DNA of 63,871 nt, counting the filler, from Dicyema japonicum (taxonomy: Eukaryota > Animalia > Dicyemida): assembly GCA_011109175.1 (NCBI GenBank). It is 6 parts of 6 records of this genome, joined end to end, with 100 filler letters (N's around TTAATTAATTAA, not from the genome) between each part and the next. Parts side by side here need not be neighbours in the genome. Positions count along the whole stretch, not along the records: positions 13,035 to 25,785 come from RDEW01000172.1; positions 25,886 to 50,585 come from RDEW01000031.1; 4 more parts are not named here. One strand, given 5' to 3'. Position numbers and translations under genes: made by a program. The notes beneath the pieces are model-generated. The model saw only the letters and a list, made by a program, of their open reading frames with translations. It made no database searches and was not told the DNA's origin. Of this stretch, positions 25,756-39,549 are shown in pieces; the stretch's first letter is position 1; every line of letters begins with the position of its first letter.

Positions 25756-26149
25756 GAAGTTGAAGAAGCCGGCTGCGTGGATCGCNNNNNNNNNNNNNNN
25801 NNNNNNNNNNNNNNNNNNNNNNNNNNNNNTTAATTAATTAANNNNNNNNNNNNNNNNNNNNNNNNNNNNNNNNNNNNNNNNNNNNGATAATTGATTTCGA
25901 AAGTTAGCAATGAGCGTCGGGAAACTGAATGGTTGTTCCAAAGGATATATCTTGATTTGTCAGTGGAAACTGCTATTTTATCAGCTGGATTATTTTATTT
26001 TCTTGTTTCGAATAAATTGTTTTTTTAGAAATAATTAATTTTCAGGCAAATTATATTCTCAAAAAAACAAAAATTAAAGTTGAGTCTTCTTATTAGGTAT
26101 GCTAAGATTATTCTGAAATTGATAAATTTAAGTTGCCGAAGATGCAACC

Positions 26150-26485
26150 TATGGTACCATGATATACATAAAGCTAACGGTTGCCGGGCAAGAGTCCTGA
26201 AGGTTGCAAGTTCGAATCCCGATACTGTACATTTCGGTTAATGGTTCCACACATCAATATGCTTTGACTTGACGAGTGGCGCCGTCATCAGTGAACTTTA
26301 CTGCGGAACCGGATCGTCTATAAAGGACATACACACAAGAAAAAGAAAACAAAGTGAAGAGCATTCCTTGATCCTCCGTCGATTAGCTATTATAACTGTT
26401 CTTTGCTTAAAATAAAGTGTTTGTTCTGCCTGTGGAGAGCGATAACTGATGTGGCTCTCGGAAAGTGGGAATATTATTATTATTT
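26150..26485 (+). mobile_element. tRNA-derived SINE family A
   Basis: B-box gttcgaatccc near 26210; TGACG..CGTCA hairpin 26270-26287; 3' GAGAGC/GCTCTC stem-loop; (ATT)n tail; homologous to 58775-59210 and 35415-35570. Confidence 0.75.
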
Positions 26486-28771
26486 ATACCACAAACAATA
26501 ATTTGGGGAAGCCTTAACAAATTAAAAGAGCAAAAGCCATCAATTTATCAAGACAAATGTCATGAAAATCATGGCTAGTATAAAAAAGCCTTCAAACTCC
26601 GGAAAACTGGATTTCTGGAGAGTTCCGTGAAAATAAATTAAATGGATATTATAACTATGGAACCGAAATACTGAAAGATAAAAATACTGACCTTATGAAG
26701 ACAGTTCATTTACAAACCTGTCATAACCGAATCCTAGGAGATTATAGTCGGCAAAACGCATTACTTCCAACATGGAATCGGATTATTGACAGCAAAAAAG
26801 AACACAAAGTGATGGCTGATCAAGTCATTCCCATACAAATCGTATAAAGAATGGGCGGAATCACAAAAGCTGCGTAATAATTTATAACAATTTAGGGGTT
26901 AATAAAAATTTGTTAAGTAAATAAACTACCATTCTAAGGAAATGCATTGCAAGGGATCTTGCTCATAGCCCAGTGGATATAATCATAACTCATTCAGGGT
27001 TTAATAATCATCGCAAGACATTAAGAGATTTATAAAGTCTAGAAGAAAAATTTATAAATCAGCGCTACCAAATAAAATACACCACAAAAGAAACACGTTT
27101 TACTTATTTAAATTTAATTTTTTAAATAGAATAATATTAAAAAAAATTGTTTTTTTGAACGAATAACTTGTTGTAAAAAGGTAATGTAATGTCTGAGAAA
27201 TCACGAGTTCAGAGGATAATGTTGCTAGAGAATTAATAGCCAACAAATAACTCTCTTGTAAACTTCTCAAAGATGACTCATTCAATTTGAAACAGGCTCA
27301 GACTCAGGCATGAGCGCATTCAATACTTATTTATTTTCTCTAGGTAACTACAGAATATCAATGATTCCAGCTAATAAACTAAGTTGTAACCCAAGCTTCG
27401 AAAAAATGTTGTTGTTATCAGAAATTCTATGTTTGTGATTATCGGGGACATTTAGATTGTCAATGATTTCAGCGAGTACTCCTATTAGTACTCATTATTC
27501 GTCGATTTCACCCATGGTCCTCAGGTTTGCTTATATTTATTCCAAACCGAGCATGATCTCTTCAACAAGCAGCTAATTGTTGAAGGCTATTCGAAGTTTT
27601 TTTCACGTGCCAGTGATTTATTCAAGAGAACGTCAGTAAAGAAAATTCCTCAGAAAAAGGTACTTGTGCTGTAATTGAGGACCTATGAGATTTCCACTTA
27701 TTTTTTTGACTTACAAGAATCGATACGAATTGGAGAAATTAGAAAAAGTCGATCCATAGGAAGTGTCAAGGATGAAGAGGTCAATTCTAGAACAGCAAAA
27801 GGACGAGCAGCCTTTTTTTACAAAGTCCTTCTCAGATTTTTAAAAACCTCACAAAATGTGTGTTGACTCAGTACCCAATGAAAAGAACTGTACAGGATGT
27901 ACCACCTTTCCGGTATAGATTTTCCATTTGTCGTTAGGGATCACTTATTTAGCTAAGGACAATCTTTTCAAGAAATCAACAAATAAGAAGGGGAGAAAGA
28001 GAAGGTAAAATGTATTATGATTTTTTAAGTAAAATTTCTTTATCATTAAAATGGTTGGTTGGTTCAGATATCCACAAATAACAAGACGAGACCGTCTGCA
28101 TATCCATTCGAAGATTTGGACTCAATCAGGTTCAGAATTGGAATGTATTGAAAACATTCTGGAATTAAAACTAACGACCCCCTTATTTTTCATCAAGGCA
28201 GTCATATACAAGATCATCCAATGCTTCCTTTTATTCAATGTCTCCTAAGCCCAAGAACGAAAGGTTCCATCATTAAGACACTAAGTGTTCTCAGAACTAG
28301 GTTATAATGTACTAAAGCCACGCTAATCACTAAGCTAACTGGTAACTGCCCAATGATTATGCTATAAGGCTAAATTTATAGGCAATCCCTATAAACGACT
28401 ACTTCTAACAAATCCTGTAAATTAGCAATTCATAAAATTAGAAATCTATAAAGAAACTGTTAGCTGCTAAATTAAGAAGAGGATAAAAGCCAATGGACAT
28501 AACGGCACAATGGAAACTTAACTAATTTATGTTTTCTTGGGAGTGCTTTTTAATAATAATAACAATATGATAGCTTTGCTGTGTGTCTTGGCTGTGACTC
28601 GTAGTATTATACTTAATGAGCAACACCTTCTTTAACCTATCTATCACAGCAGCAATCAAGGGACTTTCCTATCCAACGTCCAAACGAACATGGCTGTAAA
28701 TCGGTTCTTGTTTATTATTATTATTAATCTCATGCTTACAGTCTTTGGTAAGTCTAACACAATAAGTCAAC

Positions 28772-29372
28772 TAATTAATCTAAGGAAGGAACCCAGGGGA
28801 GAACATCAAATCCATCTTCCAATACTTCAATCCATTACAAGCTTCCGCTTCCGAAGATAGGTGGAGGAGATGGTTGGAGAAGTCTTCCATTTTCGTCGCA
28901 CGTCTTAAAATCGCGGACGTCACTTCATTCTACGGTGGAATAGTTTTCATAATGTAATCTTCACCAGAGAAATTGATCAGGAAGAAGGGAGGAAAATCCC
29001 CTTCAACTACTGTGTTGTCCCAGAAGGACTTGTCGCCTCACGAATTGGATCTGTGACCTACGGAAACAGAGTCCATTCGGATTCAACATAAAAGGAAATA
29101 AACGTCATTACTTGTAGTTTTGGAAACCCCTCCAGTGGAGTGGGGGAGAGCAAATGATCCTTTTTCGTGCCGGCCTGGCACTGGGGGCCACCTAGACAGA
29201 TGGATCACATGACGCCACTTTAATAGGAAGGGAAATGGGAAGAACAAATAAAACAAGCAGAAAAACTTAAACTAATTAGCCAAGTATACCACATGGGCCA
29301 CGCGGCGAATCACTCGATTCAAACCCACGACCTTCAGATTCGATGCAATCAGACATTACATTAAGCCATAAG
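28772..29372 (-). mobile_element. tRNA-derived SINE family B, longest copy (about 600 bp)
   Basis: Minus-strand head tatggcttaatg (A box) ... ctgaaggtcgtgggtttgaatc (B box); body shared with 20125-20300, 21820-22070 and 30580-30720. Confidence 0.7.
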
Positions 29373-31019
29373 GCCAACATTATCAAATAGAAAATAAAAT
29401 TATTCGTAAGCGAATAAAATTAAATATTTAATTTTTAACTAAAAAAATATCATATATTGATTTTATTCGAGGAAAGTGCGGTTATCAACTAAATAAGTAC
29501 CTGTAAATCCTTTACTTTTCACATAATTTTCCTTATTTTAGTGAATCTTTAACCTTCTCTCGAATGCACCGAGAAGTTTCATACCCCAACGACACATAAA
29601 AAGCCACAGTCCTTAACTCCACGCTTTGAGGCAAAAGAGCCCCGAAAAATGTCGAACAACTTTCGAAAACATAGTCATAATGTTAATATTGTCGAGGTAT
29701 CTTCAATACCATTACTTGAATATATTCTGGATCTCATAAAATCTCGTAGAAACGTTTTTATTTGCTGTTAACAAATATGTTCCCAAAATGTTCTTTTAGA
29801 ATTCTTCACTCAGAGATTTCAAGTTATTTCAATTTTACCTCAAAAAGAGCGTATAAATTGTATTGTTTCTCGGATACTTCCGGTTTACGTTCAATCCGTC
29901 AAAATTTTATTTTTTTCAAATATTCTTAGGTTTTTGAAACAAATAATGCTATGTTTGTCTCATTCTTTAAATTTCCAACAAGTCCTTCGTTCCCCCTTAT
30001 CGAAAACAGGACTTTTAGATCGTGACGTTGTTGTGATTGTCGAATTTTATTAAAAAGTAATTTTATTCCAAAATTGGTTAACTAACGCAGAACCTGTAAG
30101 TCGATCACTAACGACGCATTTAACTACTTAGACGGCCGATACGGGCTTGCATGGGCTCGATGAGCATTGGGCCAAATTGAGGTCACTTTTGAAGCGCTTA
30201 GAATCATGTGATTAGTTAGTTGCTGAACCTTGAAAACTTTAATATTCGTTAGCTGCAAAATGACAATTTATTTGCATGCAAAAAATCACTTCAATTTGAT
30301 TTAATTCTACGCGAATTCTGAACGCAGCACAATCGCTAATAAATTTTTTCGTTCGTTTTTTAATTTGATTTTCATTGAAGCAAAAAGTCCTAAAAGTGTC
30401 ATATTTATTATCGAACGTGAGTATTCTACAATATGACACGGTTTATTATTGATTCTACGCACACTGATAAATTTATTAATCGGCATTTACCATTGGTTTT
30501 TTTCTTTTACTACAAAAAGATCATATTGTTAGTCAATAACTTCAAATTCTTTTTTTTGAGTTTTCTACTATTCCTTTCTACTAGAATGGCTCCTAGTGCC
30601 GTACTGGCAAAAAAAGGATCTTTTGCTCTCTTCCACTCCACTGGAGGGGTTTACACAACTGCAGGGAATAGACGTCTTTTACCTTATATACTGGTTCTGA
30701 TGAAGGACTCCTTTCCTCTAACAGTGTAAACTGGATACACTTGACTAGTTTTTTACTGTTAAATTTGTTCTCGGTGTATCTGGGGTTAATAAATTAATTC
30801 AGTCAAGTTTTTGGATCTTCCAATGTTTTCAGCCTTAATATGACTAACGCTGTCATTCAACTTGGCTCCCATATATCGCAAAATGTAAAACCTTTAGACT
30901 CCATAAAATCAATTCATAACACTTTCCATAGCTGATTTCATATCTAAGTCAGCGAACCACGTGTCATGACAGAAAGTTCAAAAAGAAAATAAAATTGTCA
31001 TTTTCGACAAAACTTAGTT

Positions 31020-31185
31020 GTCCAATTGATGTTGTATCTAGATTCATCAAACTGGAGACTGTATGGATTTTTTCAATACGTTTCACATCTAGGACAAAAT
31101 ATCACCAGCCATATCCTGAATTCTTCTAGATATTGTATCATTCGACAGAAGAACCTTTTTAAATTTAGATGCAAAATCATCAATG
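31020..31185 (-). pseudogene. hAT (Buster/Charlie) transposase fragment
   Basis: Reverse strand reads ASKFKKVLLSNDTISRRIQDMAGDI...YSLQFDES. Confidence 0.8.
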
Positions 31186-32014
31186 AGTAAATTCTACGAA
31201 ACCTTGACTTGGTTCTCTGATTTGAAGGAATTGTACAACAATTGTTTTTCAGGTGGAATATATTCGAGCAAAAAGATCGATGAGCAAAATATATGAACGT
31301 TTACCACCACACATCACATCATTGGATTTGCGTGAGTATTATTATATTAAAAAGCACTCCCGAGAAAACATACAATTAGTTAAGTTTCCTTGTGCCGTAT
31401 TCCGAATCATCCTCTCCGTTAGCTTCGACAATGATCTTAGTTGTCCACTAGTTCTCTTAGATAGTCCAGGTCGTCCGCCATTTCCATTATAATATCAGAC
31501 GATGTTTACACTCTTGTAACGTAGTGAATCNNNNNNNNNNNNNNNNNNNNNNNNNNNNNNNNNNNNNNNNNNNNNNNNNNNNNNNNNNNNNNNNNNNNNN
31601 NNNNNNNNNNNNNNNNNNNNNNNNNNNNNNNNNNNNNNNNNNNNNNNNNNNNNNNNNNNNNNNNNNNNNNNNNNNNNNNNNNNNNNNNNNNNNNNNNNNN
31701 NNNNNNNNNNNNNNNNNNNNNNNNNNNNNNNNNNNNNNNNNNNNNNNNNNNNNNNNNNNNNNNNNNNNNNNNNNNNNNNNNNNNNNNNNNNNNNNNNNNN
31801 NNNNNNNNNNNNNNNNNNNNNNNNNNNNNNNNNNNNNNNNNNNNNNNNNNNNNNNNNNNNNNNNNNNNNNNNNNNNNNNNNNNNNNNNNNNNNNNNNNNN
31901 NNNNNNNNNNNNNNNNNNNNNNNNNNNNNNNNNNNNNNNNNNNNNNNNNNNNNNNNNNNNNNNNNNNNNNNNNNNNNNNNNNNNNNNNNNNNNNNNNNNN
32001 NNNNNNNNNNNNNN

Positions 32015-32512
32015 GATCACAGTCATGTGCTAAATTAAATCATGTCAAACCTTTTCCAATAAAATATGGATTTGATTTTTTAATGTAGTATTCTATCACC
32101 AAAGAATATAATGTGAGAATATTACCATTCTCAAAACTTACAGACATATATCCGCATCTGTAATAATCTCCATGTTTAATATTTGGTAGATTTGTTGTAT
32201 TTGTGTAGGTTTTATTATCTTTGAGTGTTAACTATTAAATACTAGAATTTAATTCTATTTTTATTGAGATGTTGTAAAATTTGTCTGAGAATTCAATAAA
32301 AAATTGGTAGATCAAGTTATTTGTTTTGATTGTAAATGGCATTTTACCATAAAACACCAAAGAAATAGTTTTAATTGAATAATTATTTGTCTACCATTAT
32401 TATTCATAAATACATTTGTAAGTGTACTTTTCAATACACTTTTAAAATATACTGACATTGGATGTTTAAAGTCTAATTTCGTGATTGAAGACAAAAATAT
32501 TAACAACAACAT
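32015..32512 (-). CDS. Hypothetical secreted or surface glycoprotein, 5' part; introns 32391-32413, 32219-32242, 32030-32050; runs into gap
   Basis: Three GT-AG introns (23, 24, 21 nt) give an open frame MLLLIFLSSIT...NYS...NIS...NKT.TNTT...HGDYYRCGY...AHDCD; short hydrophobic N-terminus and several NxS/T sites. Confidence 0.7.
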
Positions 32513-35414
32513 AATTATGTAAATGAACACGTCGATGTGTATAATTTAGGTCACTTGTTATATTATTGAATTTATTTTTAATAATTAAAAAAATGATTTT
32601 TATATTAATTTTATAATTATACTTATTTTCATGAATTCATTAATCAAGAAAGTCCTACTCCATACGGCAATGTTAAACGTCTTTAAGAATTTCATGGTAT
32701 TTTATCGTAATCCACCATAAGTCCTTCTAATTTTGCAGAATCTTTAATGATCGAAGGAAAACTTAATTAGCGATATTCGTAAAATATCAAATTAACANGT
32801 CGATGTGTATAATTTAGGTCACTTGTTATATTATTGAATTTATTTTTAATAATTAAAAAAATGATTTTTATATTAATTTTATAATTACACTTATTTTCAT
32901 GAATTCATTAATCAAGAAAGTCCTACTCCATACTGCAATGTTAAACGTCTTTAAGAATTTCATGGTATTTTATCGTAATCCACCAAAAGTCCTTAAGTTT
33001 TGGCGGAATCTTTAATGATCGAAGAAAAATTTAATCAGCGATATTCGTAAATGATCAAAACAACAATTTTATGACACAATCGAATAAATATTTGTTACAA
33101 ATGATTTAATATATCTTTAAATTGAAAACGTATTTCCTTTAAATCGTCAGGGGAAATGGGTTCTTAATTATGAGACTGGCCACTAGTAGTTAAATGTTTG
33201 TTTTTGTATTAAACCGTTTTTATTTAAAAAAAATATTAATACTAGGAGAATATTCTGAAGTGAATTGAATATAAAAATAAAAGCCAGTATTAACAAATAA
33301 TACAGATATTCATTAATAGGTGCCATAAAAGGAATTCATACACAAATCGTTAATTCATACACGAATCCATTAATAAATTTTTGTTGCATTTATTTGCTTA
33401 AAGTAGATAGGATAAGATAGTAAATTGGTTTATTGGTCGGACCTCTATTCCTTAANCACTAGTAGTTAAATGTTTGTTTTTGTATTAAACCGTTTTTATT
33501 AAAAAAAGATTAATACTAGGAGAATATTCTGAAGTGAATTGAATATAAAAATTAATGCCAGTATTAACAAATTATACAGATATTTATTAATAGGTGGCAT
33601 AAAAGGAATTCATACACAAATCGTTAATTCATACACTAATTCATTAATAAATTTTTGTTGCATTTATTTGCTTAAAGTAGATAGGATAAAATAGTAAATT
33701 GGTTTATTGGTCGGGCCTCTATTCCTTAAATGTCTAATTAATTACATACTATGTCTCCCGGTGGGATGAATATTCGGATTTGTTTTTTCTCAAATCATTG
33801 CGAAATTAGCCCAAGGTCACGAACAATGAAGCCAATGACAATTCCATCTAAATTGAATGTTGTCATAAACTCATTTTATTAAAATTATACAATTTTATTT
33901 ATTTAACAGCCCTTACGGAAGAAGTATGTATTGTTTCCATAACTTAAACCTCACCTTAGGCAGACGTCACACTTTATTTTAAGAGTAAAAGCAGTAATGT
34001 TAATTAATCAAAGGCATATCTAAGACATTGAAAATTTTCTTGACTTTTTTTCTTGTTTGTGAGTCCATTCCCAGAAGACAATTCAGTTCAGCATAGATGA
34101 CACGCTCGCTGATAACGGCGTTACTCGTCAACCCCAATTTTATTTTTGTTATAATTTGGGCGATTTTTTTGACTTTATAAATGCGAAATTTTGACCTAAA
34201 AAATTGCAATCTTCGTATCCTTATCTTGAGAGTTCGAGTGACTCAAATTATTTTTTTTAATCGTACCTCGAAGCATATAGTCGAATAAAGTCTATTCGGT
34301 TAACAAGAATACTTTTTTTGACAACAAAAAATATTATAGTTTTTTTGAAAAGGAAACAATGTTTGCAAAAACGAACTACGTCGATGTCCTGATCCCCATG
34401 ACCGTATGCTCATGGAGCTAGATATTATGATGATCACGCAAGAAATACGCAGATTAGAAAAAGTTAAAAAAAATAATTTTTGGGTAGCTCAGTGGAGCAG
34501 ATTGTATCGAAAAAAACCCAAACTTTTGGAAAGTTCAAATAAAGTAACCGGACGTAAATCCAGAATAGAAATTCCACTGTTGCCATGTCATGTGGGTCTC
34601 CTGTATTTTTAGAAAAGATTCCTATCCTGTTTAGGGACGAACTCTCGAAAATACAGCAGGTTAACCCTGATGAGCGACTGTCTCGTTTGCCCATCAGTTT
34701 TCTAAAAGAAAAGCTGGAAAAGTGATTAGTTCTTTACCTCTAAGTCACAGCCCTATAAATACTGAAAAAGTTGAAAATGCGGTAAATGCACCAAAAACAA
34801 TGATTGGAAAGGGCAAGATCGCTATTTGTTAATTCAAGAAGCACCCCAGGTACTCTATGAATATCTGGGATGTCTCTATACGTGCTGGGTTATATACATT
34901 CGCAATGGTTTTGCAAAGGTTTTCTTGGACACCTCTAAACACTACACCTTTTGATGAATTTGTGAGGAAATCCGGAGCCTTACTACCCTCCAAAAAAAGT
35001 TAGAAACCCTCGCCCAATCCGGAAATGCGTTAGAACCCGGGAAGAACATCGAGCAAGAATGAGATGGCTACTCGAGGCGGCCGGAATCACCTGGCGGCTA
35101 TGTAGTTATTTAATTTGTCGGTGATTTTTTTGTATTTAATAATAATAATTGGAAATTGACGGAAGTCAGGAAATACGTGAATCTGGGAAACCTGTGTATT
35201 TAACAATCAGTTATCGGCCCATAAGCTCATTCATTGATTTTCCCTCATCGATTAGTTATGATAACTGTTTTTTACTTAAAATAAAGTGTGGATCCTACCA
35301 GGAAGGAGCAATAGCTAATAAGGCTCTCCGTAAAATGCAGTGTATATAAACTACTACTTCAGACAAAAATGAAGAACATCAAACACTGTCGGCTCTTCAG
35401 AAAGTCAGTTATCA

Positions 35415-35570
35415 TTTAACTGGTTCTGTAATAGATCACCTGACGTCGGTGTTACTCGTCAAACCTTGAAGTATCATAGATGCATGATCTTTGAACCAGA
35501 ATTGACAGTAGCGAGATTTAAACTGGACATCTGAATTCTGTCTGGTACTTATAACACTGCGCCATCCGAC
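35415..35570 (-). mobile_element. SINE family A, diverged 5' part
   Basis: tggcgcagtg A box, degenerate B box, gtttgacgagtaacacc core shared with other copies. Confidence 0.6.
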
Positions 35571-35752
35571 AAAAATTCTATTGTTTGTTACAGGGTTTTC
35601 AGATTTGTTTAATAACTTTTTAAAATGTTTAATATTATTATAGGCAACTATCGTAGAAACATAATTGTTATAATTCCACACGTGCTGCACGTAAAGCGAT
35701 TTTTCGGATCGCTCTTGTCTATCCTTTCCTGTTACACGCCAAATTTCTCATA

Positions 35753-38700
35753 GCATTCAGGTTTTCCCCAATATAGAATTCGGATCGAGGAATTAGACAA
35801 TGGTTACTGCTAAGGGGAAAAGAACGACCACGAAAGCCAGCAGCTCTTCTCGTCCTTCGGGAAGTGCTACGGCTGATTCATTCTCTTTGGATAACAAGAC
35901 GCCGTATAAGGCAGAACCTGCTAAACCTGCAATGCGATAAAGATTGCAAACGTTCTACAATACTATGACCAGTACGGATCTATGAGGATGAACCACAGAG
36001 GACCGGGCTCCTTCCGACTGGATTTCCACCTATATGGAGGCCGTAAATGAGACCTGTCCTTTTGGTCCTGACAAACACCAATTCAGAACACTCTTAACAA
36101 AACCGTTTGAGACTGTCCTCAGGAACCTGCCTTTCTGGGTGAAGGAGGACGACCTCTTGGATAACCTTTAGGAGATGGCTCAATCGACTACAAAAGTTAC
36201 CCGAATGTCCAGTGTTTAGAGGATCGCAGCGAAGGCCTCGATTGATAGTAAATCGGAGGACATTTCACTAATGCGCTACATTGGAACGAACAAGATCTCC
36301 TGTGAGTGGATGAGAAGAAGACCGCCAATATGCTACAACTGTCAGCAGGTCGGTCACTTTGTATACCAGTGCACTGGAAAGAAGAAATGCTTTCGTTGCG
36401 CGGGAGAGCATGACACCTCCAGGTGCAATGCAGATCCGGGTCTTGAACCTAAGTGCGTTCACTGCGGATCAACAAAACACGGTGCAAGATATGGAGGATG
36501 TTCTGTGCTTGTGGAGGCCAGGCGAAAGCTAAGTCCCCGAATCAACAATACGGAACCGAAACAGATGAATTTTATAACTAACAAAGTGGAACTACCAGCC
36601 CAAAAAAGAATAATTGTCCCAAGGACTAACAAGAATGAACCAGCTCCTCATCCACGAGAATTGGCCTGGCTACCCAGGGAAAATTGAAAAAGAACTGAAA
36701 AAAATAATATCAAGACTGAAGGAACTAAGCGGCATACTCGGGGTGAATTTACGAAGAATGGTAGGCCTAGCCATGGAGAGCCCGGGCCACCAAAAAGAAA
36801 TTTGAAAAGTAACCTGAAGATAGTGCTGGTGAACGCCCGATCCCTGAGGAAGAAGCGTCATGACCTGGCACTACTCCTGTCGTCCACCAAGATTGACATC
36901 CTGGTGGTCAACAAGACAACGGTGAAAAAGACCAACACTACAATGCTACAAAGATATAATTCTATAGAAGTACTATGGGTCGAAGGTGCAGAGGCAGGTA
37001 CTGGAACTACATCGTTCTACAGTGATGTTCTATAGATACGTGATCCAAAAGCTATTATGAATACACATTGTGAACTTGTTTCCGTCGAGGTGCGATCCTG
37101 TGGCCGTTGGATACACGTTGGAGGAATGTATTCAAAAGACATCAGAACCACAGAAATTGAAGAATTCTTCGCAGGAAATGATATGTCTGTTCTAGTGGGA
37201 GATCTGAACGCCAAGAACATTAAATTTGGATGCTTGGAACTAACGAGGATGGAATCAGGCTAAGAAAATTGAGCGATATGACTGGCTTCGAGATTATGAC
37301 GTTAGAGAAGCCGAATCACTTCTCGCACTACGGAGGAGACATGCTTGGAGTGTTCCTGGTGTCACAACTTCTCTACACTTATGTGGAGAGACCGATGATC
37401 ATGTGGGAAATCGGGAGCGACCACATCCCTCAAGAGATGTCACTGAACCTGACTCCGGACACTACGGAGTCAGTGTTCACAGGCTACAAGACTAAATTGG
37501 GGAAACTATAGAAAATACACATCTAGAAACCTCAACAACTGGAAGGAGGGACCTTATTCCCGAAGTGATATTAACAACATAGACAGAGAACTTTCAATTG
37601 TGATGGAGAGATACTTATCACTTTACGCCAGGAGGAGACTCCCCGGTACCAATTATAAGAAGAGCATTAATTTCTTTCCTTCTACGTTATCTATGATTAA
37701 AGAAAGAAACCGACTGAGGAACAAACTCAGAAGATGTGTCGACTGGATGGATTACATTGACTGGTCAACTAAAGATAATCAAAAAAGCCATTGAAGAGGG
37801 AACATGACTGGCAATAGAATTTTTGGAGGGTCGAAGGAAGCAAACTAAAACCAAAGACCCTTCTTTCTAGAAGATCTACAAAAGAAAAACAGGCCAGAAG
37901 AGAACTGATATGAAAATCTTTCTGAACAAACCGGAAGGTAGATCATATACTATGGAAGAAGTTTCAGATATCTTTAAGAAGCAACTAGACCGTATCCAGC
38001 GATTCAACCCGACGGAGCTGATCCCGAGGGAAGAGTTGATTACTCCCCGGACAATCTCAAAAATACTGATATTTGAAAATAACCAAGTGGACATCGTGAT
38101 TGCCATTAGAGCATGCAAAGCTAAAACNGAGTTGACTACTCCCCGGACAATCTCGAAAATACTGATATTTGAAAATAACCAAGTGGACATCGTGATTGCC
38201 ATTAGAGCATGCAAAGCTAAAACGCCCCTGGACATGACCATATTAGCATGAGAATGTTCAAGGAAGGTCAAGAAAATCTGCTGCTCGTGCTGAAGAACTT
38301 GTTCAACGCAATCATTGATCATGGATATATTTCAAGACGTTGGAAAACCTCTATTGTCAGGATGATACTTAAACCAGAAAGTCGGGGAGAGCAGGCAAAT
38401 CAGCCTATTCCGCTCTATCTCCAAGATTGCTGGGAGAATTGTCTTCAAAAAACTCAACGAACACATAGAAGAGAGCTGTTTCCTCCTCACGGAACAATGT
38501 GGCTTCAGACCCAGAAAATCGTGCACGGATTGTATCCATCACATGCATTCGATGGTACTGAGGGGTTTGGAATTCAAGAGGCAAGTCAACCTGATGTGTT
38601 TGGACCTGTCCAAGGCCTTCGATAGGGTGTGGCATAAAGCCCTCCTAACAAGGCTAGCGGCTGCTAACATCCAAAAGAAACTCTTCACATGGATAAAAGA

Positions 38701-39530
38701 CTTCTTAACAGGACGTACTTCCCGAGTACGTGTTGGGGCAAATATGTCAAAGGATATCCTATTGAAGAGAGGCGTTCCACAGGGCTTTGTCTTGAGCCCG
38801 CTTCTGTTCAATGTGTTTCTGTCTGACTTCCCTACTCCGCCGAATGCGAACACCAAACTGATAATATACGCAGATGATATTCTGATTACGGATACGTCGG
38901 GGAAATCAACTCTATCGGAAAGAAGAATCAAGTCATTCATTGACCAAGTGCAAGATTGGTGCTCCAAGAGAGGGATGAGACTCTCTACTGAGAAGTCCAG
39001 CTACTTGAGAGTTAGTCGTCTAAAGAGACATCGTACGCATCCCTACTCACTTTGTATTCCAAAAGTAAATTCACTCCGCTACCTCGGGATAGTCATCGAT
39101 GGAGGAGGTTCCTTCATGGAGGATATCAGACGAAGAAGGAAGAAGACGCTACAAGCGCTTCTCTGTACAAGCAAGTTGTTCGTAAGCTTGGAGACCTTCT
39201 TGTTTATCTTCATGAGGATTTTCCTACCAGAGCTACAATACGGGTGTGAAGCGTGGTTTTTTTTTCGCCAAAGGGTTAGGATAGTGTTACTCATGGAAAT
39301 GTCGAGAAGGTCAGCAATAAAGCTGGCCTTGGGAAAAAAGCTGTTTGATGTCCCAAGTACGGAAGAAGACAAGATTCTTGCACCAGTTAAAAAAAATGTG
39401 GAGAAAAGGATCAAGGGATCCGACGCTAGGAAGAGATTAAAATGGAGATGAGGTGCACCGGAAGTGTCCAGGCCGCATAGGCGGACTCGTTAATAACCTA
39501 AAAACTAATTTCTAATTCCTGTTGAATAAA
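35753..39530 (+). mobile_element. Near full-length two-ORF Jockey/I-group LINE, inactivated
   Basis: ORF1 from ATG 35800 with three Zn knuckles (CYNCQQVGHFVYQC, CFRCAGEHDTSRC, CVHCGSTKHGARYGGC); ORF2 APE (VNARSL, GDLNAK, GSDH) and RT (LDLSKAFD, GVPQG, YADD, RYLGI); AATAAA at about 39525. Confidence 0.92.
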
Positions 39531-39549
39531 GTGTTTTCGGTTTCGGTTC

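Noticed and set aside
26270-26295. Hammerhead ribozyme in SINE A (antisense CTGATGA; also 58961 and CTGATGAG at about 34666)
   Set aside because: No GAAA after stem II and no stem I/III with a cleavage triplet.
27180-27680. Another tiny-intron gene
   Set aside because: Splice-like sites exist, but every junction set I tried leaves in-frame stops. At best a pseudogene.
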